DNA from: Candidatus Sericytochromatia bacterium
GTDB taxonomy: Bacteria > Cyanobacteriota > Sericytochromatia > S15B-MN24 > VGJW01
Direction of reading: 5' to 3'
Assembly (NCBI GenBank): GCA_035285865.1
Contig: JAYKHS010000022.1
Span: 128,273 to 192,272, forward strand
DNA length: 64,000 nucleotides
Of this stretch, positions 58,360 to 64,000 are shown one piece after another. The notes beneath the pieces were generated by a model. That model was given only the letters and a program-made list of their open reading frames with translations. It was not told the origin of the DNA and ran no database searches. Each line of letters opens with the position of its first letter. The stretch's first letter is position 1. Position numbers and translations under genes: made by a program.

Positions 58360-58832
58360 GGCGTCCCCTCTCGCCCCCGGTGCGTCTGTGGGCGGCCGCC
58401 AGCTACCTACTGCCTGTTGCCGTGGCGGTCCTGCTGCATCCTGAATTGGGGCAGGTCCGCCTCGTTCGTGAGCACGCTGCCAATTCCCTCATGCTGGGCC
58501 TGCTGCTGTTCGGGCCGATGGTGGTGCTGGGCGGGGGCCGAGGCGGTCCGCTGGAGTGGCTGATGCTTGTCGGCGTCCTGCTGACGCTCTGGCTGTTGCT
58601 GGTGTTCGGGATCGTGGCCTACGAGGCGGTTCGCGCCTGGCAGGGCAAGCGGCCATGGGCTCCGTGGGCATCTCGTGGCGCGGCTCTGCTGCCGAGGCCG
58701 CGCGGCCCATCATCGCCAGGGTTCGGGACTGCCGGTGTCCGACCAGCGGAGCTCGGCGACGTTGGCCGCCGGGGTCAGCGTGAGCAGGGCGGTATCCCTG
58801 CCGGTCCCGAGGGTACGGACCTCACCTTGTAG
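58356..58832 (+). CDS. membrane protein (DUF4870-like)
   Basis: AAASYL, LVREHAANSL, three TM segments, AVRAWQGK. Confidence 0.55.
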   Translation: MRRPLSPPVRLWAAASYLLPVAVAVLLHPELGQVRLVREHAANSLMLGLLLFGPMVVLGGGRGGPLEWLMLVGVLLTLWLLLVFGIVAYEAVRAWQGKRPWAPWASRGAALLPRPRGPSSPGFGTAGVRPAELGDVGRRGQREQGGIPAGPEGTDLTL

Positions 58833-59759
58833 TTTGCCGTCCTGAAGCGTCACGTCGACCTTGAAGTTGCGGGTCGAGGACATGCCGACGAGATTCACGG
58901 CCTGACCCGTGCACGCCAACCGGGTGACGGTGAGCGGAACGCGCGCGCCACCGTCCGTCGTGAACACGATCTCCCCGGTCATCTGCAGCCCGGAACTCTC
59001 CAGGCGTCCCTTGAGTGTCGCTTGAACGCGGGGCATCGTCATTTGCAGGTCCACGGCCTGAAGCGTGCCGCCCGGCACGCCGGCGAGGGGCGTGAAACTG
59101 GCTGTTCCCGAGATGAGCGATTGGCCCTGCCTGTCGAGGCGGCCGGAGACGGTCACGGAGGTTGGCGCGAGACACTGGAAGTGCCGGCCCAGGACCAGAC
59201 TTCTGCCGGAAGCCGCGAAGGCCGCCGGCTGTCCGGGCACGGGCTGGCTCTGGGGAAGGCTGCGCCAGACGCCGGTCGATCCGGCACGGGTCTCCACATC
59301 CATCCGGCCCGTGAAGCCCTCCGGATGCCTTTCGAGGGTGATGGCCCAGGGCACCTGCGGATTGCTCACCGTCACGGCCCGGTTGTTGAAGAGGTAGGTC
59401 ATGATCCGGCCGTTGTCCGGGCTGCGCAGTTGGCTGATCTCGTCGGTGGCCCCGTCCGGGATGGCGATGAGGCCCGGCAAGGGGGCCGTCGAGCTCCACG
59501 GAACGACCCGCAGGAAGGGGTCGAGGTCCACGCCGTAGTAGCTGGGCAGGCCCATCTCGAGCGCGCTGCGAACGGCGCGCGTCGCCAGAGCCATCTCTCC
59601 GCTGGCCGTGGGACTGACAGCCCGCAGGATCAGCCGCAGGTCCTGAAGGATCCCTCGCTCCGTGGGCGTGGGTCCCAGGATGCCGAGCAGCGGCTCGCAG
59701 CCTGTCCCGGCCAGGGCGGCCGAGGCCACGGCGGCCCGGAGGGCGCGACGAAGTTGCAT
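58710..59759 (-). CDS. hypothetical beta-rich lipoprotein
   Basis: MQLRRALRAAVASAALAGTGC signal/lipobox; strong codon bias. Confidence 0.65.
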   Translation of the reverse strand: MQLRRALRAAVASAALAGTGCEPLLGILGPTPTERGILQDLRLILRAVSPTASGEMALATRAVRSALEMGLPSYYGVDLDPFLRVVPWSSTAPLPGLIAIPDGATDEISQLRSPDNGRIMTYLFNNRAVTVSNPQVPWAITLERHPEGFTGRMDVETRAGSTGVWRSLPQSQPVPGQPAAFAASGRSLVLGRHFQCLAPTSVTVSGRLDRQGQSLISGTASFTPLAGVPGGTLQAVDLQMTMPRVQATLKGRLESSGLQMTGEIVFTTDGGARVPLTVTRLACTGQAVNLVGMSSTRNFKVDVTLQDGKLQGEVRTLGTGRDTALLTLTPAANVAELRWSDTGSPEPWR

Positions 59760-59859
59760 GACGCTCCCTCTGTACCCCCGGGGCGGTCCCCCTTTCACCC
59801 GGGCGGGAGGCCGTCGTGTCGCGTGTTAGCATGAACCCTGCGACAGCGAGGGGGGAAGC

Positions 59860-60894
59860 TTGGCGAAGATCCGCATCATGAGCGGCATGCGGCCGACAGG
59901 AACCCTGCATCTCGGACATCTTGTCGGGGTGTTGCGCAACTGGGTGGCGCTTCAGGATGCCTACGATTGCTACTTCTCGATCGTCGACTGGCACGCCCTG
60001 ACCACGGGTGCTGCGGATACGGCGGCTTTGCGCGGCAACGTCCGCGAGGTCCTGCTGGATTGGCTGGCTGCCGGGGTGGACCCTGACCGGTGCACGATCT
60101 ACGTTCAGTCCGCAGTGCCCGAGATTGCCGAGTTGGCGCTGCTGTTCGGGATGATCACGCCCCTGACGTGGTTGCAGCGCAACCCCACCATCAAGGAGCA
60201 GATTCATGACCTCGGGCTGGATGAGGAGCGCGTCGGTTATGGCCTGATGGGCTATCCCATCCTTCAGGCGGCGGACATCCTGGCCTTCAAGGGTGCGCGG
60301 GTCCCTGTCGGCAAGGACCAGCTTCCCCACCTGGAGCTCTCCCGCGACATTGCCCGTCGCTTCAACCACATGTACGGGGAGACCTTCCCCGAGCCGGAGG
60401 GTCTGCTGTCCGAGACGCCGCTCATCGTGGGCACGGACGGGCGCAAGATGAGCAAGAGCTACGGCAACGACCTTCGCATGGCTTCGCCGGCAGCCGAGGT
60501 TGCCCAGCGGGTCATGGGCATGGTGACGGACCCTGGCCGGCAGCGCCGGGATGATCCGGGTTATCCCGAGGTCTGCACGGTGCATGCCTATTGGCGCGCA
60601 TTGGCTCCCGACCGATGCGCCGAGGTCGAAGCGGGTTGCCGTGCAGGGGCTCTTGGTTGCGTGGCGGACAAGAAAGCCATGGCGGCCTTGGTGGAGGAGA
60701 TGCTCGCCCCGATGCGTGCGCGTCGCGAAGCGTGGGCGGCCGACCCCGTGCGGCTTGACACGATTCTTGCCGAGGGAAACGCGCGCGCACGTGCCGAGGC
60801 GAGGCGCACCCTCGCCGAGGTCCGTGCCCGCATGCAACTGCCGGTATTCGACGACGAGGGACGTCCCGTTGAGGCTCCAGCGGGCGCTCGCTGA
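59860..60894 (+). CDS. trpS: tryptophan--tRNA ligase
   Basis: SGMRPTG.LHLGH, YPILQAADIL, VPVGKDQ, KMSKS. Confidence 0.97.
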   Translation: MAKIRIMSGMRPTGTLHLGHLVGVLRNWVALQDAYDCYFSIVDWHALTTGAADTAALRGNVREVLLDWLAAGVDPDRCTIYVQSAVPEIAELALLFGMITPLTWLQRNPTIKEQIHDLGLDEERVGYGLMGYPILQAADILAFKGARVPVGKDQLPHLELSRDIARRFNHMYGETFPEPEGLLSETPLIVGTDGRKMSKSYGNDLRMASPAAEVAQRVMGMVTDPGRQRRDDPGYPEVCTVHAYWRALAPDRCAEVEAGCRAGALGCVADKKAMAALVEEMLAPMRARREAWAADPVRLDTILAEGNARARAEARRTLAEVRARMQLPVFDDEGRPVEAPAGAR

Positions 60895-61594
60895 GGCTGG
60901 CGTGGCCAGTCGGCGCAAGGCCGAGGACCTGATCCGGGCGGGTCGCGTCTCGGTCAACGGCATGGTCGTCTCGGAACTGGGCACCCGCGTGGATCCGTCA
61001 CGGGACCTCCTCGCCGTCGACGGGCGCCCGGTCGGAGCGCGTTCGGAGCGTCGCGTGTTCCTGCTGCACAAGCCGGCGGGCCGCGTCACCACGCGCGAGG
61101 ACGAGCAGGGACGGCCCACCGTGATGGATCTGGTGCCGGAAGTGCCGGGTCTTCATCCGGTCGGTCGCCTCGACATGATGACGTCCGGTCTGCTCATCCT
61201 CACCAATGACGGGGCGCTGACCCATGCACTGACGCATCCGTCGCGTGGCGTGACCAAACATTACCGGGCTGCGGTCGTCGGCTTCCCGGATGAAGGCGTC
61301 CTCGCGCGCCTTGCCTCCGGCATCATGCTCGAGGACGGCCCCACGGCCCCTTGTCGGGTCGCTCTCGCCGGTGCGGAAGCCTCGGGTGCCCTGATCGATC
61401 TTTGGTTGCACGAAGGTCGCAATCGTCAAGTTCGCCGAATGCTGGCTGCCGTGGACCATCCTGTCCGTCGCCTCGTGCGTCTGGCGGTCGGTCCGATTCG
61501 GCTGGGCGACCTTGGCGTGGGGTGCTGGCGGGAACCGCGTGCGGGGGAGTTAGAATGGCTTCATCGCTGCACCGACGGGAGCCTGTCGACGTGA
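60869..61594 (+). CDS. rluB: rRNA pseudouridine synthase (RsuA/RluB family); start approximate
   Basis: S4 domain RLQRALAEAGVASRRKAE; PVGRLD, EGRNRQVRRM. Confidence 0.9.
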   Translation: MRLQRALAEAGVASRRKAEDLIRAGRVSVNGMVVSELGTRVDPSRDLLAVDGRPVGARSERRVFLLHKPAGRVTTREDEQGRPTVMDLVPEVPGLHPVGRLDMMTSGLLILTNDGALTHALTHPSRGVTKHYRAAVVGFPDEGVLARLASGIMLEDGPTAPCRVALAGAEASGALIDLWLHEGRNRQVRRMLAAVDHPVRRLVRLAVGPIRLGDLGVGCWREPRAGELEWLHRCTDGSLST

Positions 61595-62712
61595 ACCCTA
61601 GCCTTGCCGAACTCGGGGCTCGCCTTCGCGAGGCCCGTGAGGCCAAGGGCGTGAGCCTTGAGGTCTTGAGCAGTCAGACCCGTATCCACGTGCGCCATCT
61701 CAGGGCATTGGAGGAGGCCCGCGAGGATCTTCTTCCCGAGCCCTTCTACGTCAAGAGTTTCGTCCGCAAGGTCGGGGACGCGTTGGGCCTTGATGGCTCC
61801 GGAATGGCCGGTGCCTACTGGGACCAGCGGCCGCCCCAGGCCGTCACGGCACCCTTGGAAACTCCGTTGGTCGAGGTCGTGATGCCGTGGTGGATATGGC
61901 CCCTGATGGCCAGCGCCGTCCTTGCGGCCATCGTTGGCACCATGGCCGTGACTCGGCCCGATGGGGTGCCCACCTTGTTCGGCGGTATGCAGGGGGATCC
62001 GTTCGTGGCGACCGTTTCCGCATCGCCCGTGGCCAACGAGGACGCAGTCCCGGGCGCCGTGGCATCTGATCCGCTCGCCGCCGCGGCTTCCGACGGACAG
62101 GTGAACGCGTCCGCCGAGGCCACCATGGACGCGGCCGTCACGGCTGCGACCGATCCTGCGCTTGCCCCCGGGGCTTCGGCTGATGCCGCTGCTGCGCCCG
62201 GACTTGCGCCGTCGCCCACGCCCCTGCCCCCCGCACGGCCGCTTCGTTTCGGCGTGCGGACGGTTGCTGCCAGCTGGATGCGGATCGCGGTGGATGGCAA
62301 GGTCGTGCACGAGGGCATGGTCCCCGGCGGTAGCGACAGGCAATGGGGGGCGGAACGCCAGCTGGCCGTGCGCATCGGGCAGCCGGGGCAAGTGGAGGGG
62401 CGGCTCAATGATGCCAGCCTTGGCAGGCTGGGTCAGCCCGGATCCTCCGTCTATGCGATGTCTTTCCAGCTGACGCCACAGGGCATCGTGCGCACCAGCT
62501 TGCTGCAGCCCGCCCAGGCGCGCCCGCCGCAACGTGTCCTGTCGGCTCCCGAAGCCCGCGTGCAGGTCCGCCCGGCACGCCCCGCATCGCCCATTCCCGC
62601 GCCTCCTTCGACTCCCGCGCCTCCTTCGACTCCCGCGCCGGCCGAGGCGGACGAGGCGCCGGTTGATGCGCAGTCGGGGGCGACGCCACCCGTCGCGGAA
62701 GAGAGTCCCTGA
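61591..62712 (+). CDS. rodZ: RodZ-like cell shape protein (HTH-TM-DUF4115)
   Basis: LGARLREAREAKG.SL, TRI...L.ALEE, YVKSF; TM segment; SWMRIAVDG. Confidence 0.82.
   Translation: MNPSLAELGARLREAREAKGVSLEVLSSQTRIHVRHLRALEEAREDLLPEPFYVKSFVRKVGDALGLDGSGMAGAYWDQRPPQAVTAPLETPLVEVVMPWWIWPLMASAVLAAIVGTMAVTRPDGVPTLFGGMQGDPFVATVSASPVANEDAVPGAVASDPLAAAASDGQVNASAEATMDAAVTAATDPALAPGASADAAAAPGLAPSPTPLPPARPLRFGVRTVAASWMRIAVDGKVVHEGMVPGGSDRQWGAERQLAVRIGQPGQVEGRLNDASLGRLGQPGSSVYAMSFQLTPQGIVRTSLLQPAQARPPQRVLSAPEARVQVRPARPASPIPAPPSTPAPPSTPAPAEADEAPVDAQSGATPPVAEESP
62595..62639 (+). repeat. 18-bp perfect tandem repeat x2.5 in RodZ tail (PAPPST)
   Basis: TCCCGCGCCTCCTTCGAC x2 plus TCCCGCGCC. Confidence 0.8.
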
Positions 62713-63704
62713 TGCTCTGGATGGAACGGCAGTCGGTGCGCCTGCGGGTGGCTTCTGCCGCTCTGTTCCTCGCCGCCGAGGAGGCTGCGGAGGATGCTGC
62801 TGGTGCTGCGCCCTCGGGCATCGATCCTGTCGGTGGGCAGGCCGTCGTCGAAGGCGTGATGATGCGTGCGCCCGGCGGTGTCGGGCTTGCCGTCCGCCGC
62901 GGGGACGGCGACATCCACGCCGAGTTCCACGATCACGTGCCGTGGCAGAAGCGATTTGCCCCTCTGGGCTGGCCTCTGTTGCGCGGTGTTGCCGCGATGC
63001 TCGATGCCCTGGTGCTCGGGATGCGGATGCTCGAGCGCTCGCTCGAGATCGCGACGGGCGAGCGCGTCGGCAAGGCCGAGTCGGCGATGTCGATGCTGAC
63101 TGGCCTGTTGCTGGCCGGTGCCCTGTTCATGGTTCTTCCGGCCTATGTGCACGGCCTGACGCCGACGGACTGGCATCCGCTCGCCAGGGCTGGCCTCGAG
63201 GGTGGCGTGCGGTTGGCCCTGTTCGTCGGGTATGTCGCCCTGCTGGGCCGCAACACCGAGGTGGCGACCCTGTACGCCTACCATGGCGCCGAACATCAGG
63301 TGATTCATGCGCACGAACGCGGCCTCGGCGACACGATCGAGGCCGCGCGCGATCAGTCCCCCCGTCATCCGCGATGCGGGACCAGTTTCCTGTTCCTGAC
63401 CGCGGTGGTCGGCATCCTGGTCTTCGCGCTGATCCCGAGGCCCGAGGACGTGGGTGCCGCCCTTGGTGTCGGCATGCGGGTGGGGGCCAAACTCCTGCTT
63501 CTTCCCGTGGTGGCCGGGGTGTCCTTCGAATTGATTCGTGCTGCCGGTCGTGGCAGCTTGCGGGGTGCGGGCGGCCTTGCCCGTCTTGCGCTGATTCTGA
63601 CGGCACCCGGCCAGTGGCTGCAGCGCTTGACGACCAAGCGCGCGGATGATGGCCAACTGGCCGTTGCGCTGGCTGCGCTCACCGTCGCGCGACGCAGCTC
63701 CTGA
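62712..63704 (+). CDS. DUF1385 membrane protein (start may be downstream)
   Basis: GGQAVVEGVMM, YHGAEH, HPRCGTSF, PGQWLQRLTT. Confidence 0.9.
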   Translation: MLWMERQSVRLRVASAALFLAAEEAAEDAAGAAPSGIDPVGGQAVVEGVMMRAPGGVGLAVRRGDGDIHAEFHDHVPWQKRFAPLGWPLLRGVAAMLDALVLGMRMLERSLEIATGERVGKAESAMSMLTGLLLAGALFMVLPAYVHGLTPTDWHPLARAGLEGGVRLALFVGYVALLGRNTEVATLYAYHGAEHQVIHAHERGLGDTIEAARDQSPRHPRCGTSFLFLTAVVGILVFALIPRPEDVGAALGVGMRVGAKLLLLPVVAGVSFELIRAAGRGSLRGAGGLARLALILTAPGQWLQRLTTKRADDGQLAVALAALTVARRSS

Positions 63705-63722
63705 CTTTTTTCGGCGTCATGC

Positions 63723-63751
63723 TTGACGGCGGCCAAATCTCATCTTAATAT
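63723..63751 (+). promoter_or_regulatory. rRNA operon promoter
   Basis: TTGACG-N17-TAATAT, followed by an AT-rich leader. Confidence 0.7.
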
Positions 63752-63911
63752 GGGATTCCTGCCTCGGAGACGAGGCAGGTGGCGGACATTGACAATCGAG
63801 TGGCAAGGTTTATTTCGAACCTGTCAATTTCAAGCGAATTCGATACGCAGTCTTGCGGGTCGCATTCGCACAAACAGCGAGAGAGCCAATTAAGTTAGGC
63901 TTTCCGGATTT

Positions 63912-64000
<89 letters not shown>

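Overview
GC-rich, densely coded chromosomal region of a diderm bacterium (TolC, secretin, many lipoproteins). The 16S 5' fragment and gene content loosely suggest a non-photosynthetic relative of cyanobacteria (Sericytochromatia-like), which is only an inference. Housekeeping content: rseP-hemL-ABC-TolC, rocD, folB, class I fumarase, uppP, trpS-rluB-rodZ, tRNA-Gln/Pro/Leu and the start of an rRNA operon. There is a Tad/Flp pilus cluster interrupted by an antisense AI-2E transporter. No mobile element or CRISPR array was seen. The most notable signal is a putative regulon. Two paralogous ~1030-aa STAND-ATPase/TPR/wHTH-BTAD regulators co-occur with a recurring intergenic 11-bp-period direct repeat (GGTGARCG-N3-GGTGAGCR in three places, plus a GTAAGC variant in a fourth). 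The repeat lies in front of lipoprotein or small-protein genes, and in three of four cases 8 nt upstream of a -10-like hexamer. Other candidates: an unlisted 31-aa lipopeptide gene, a protein-arginine-deiminase-like enzyme, a JAB-like protein near a ubiquitin-like ORF, an XRE-TPR regulator with lipoprotein partners, a solo HEPN protein, CpcT- and FAM151-like proteins, and several enzymes with non-Sec low-complexity leaders. All family assignments come from motif recognition by eye, not database searches.
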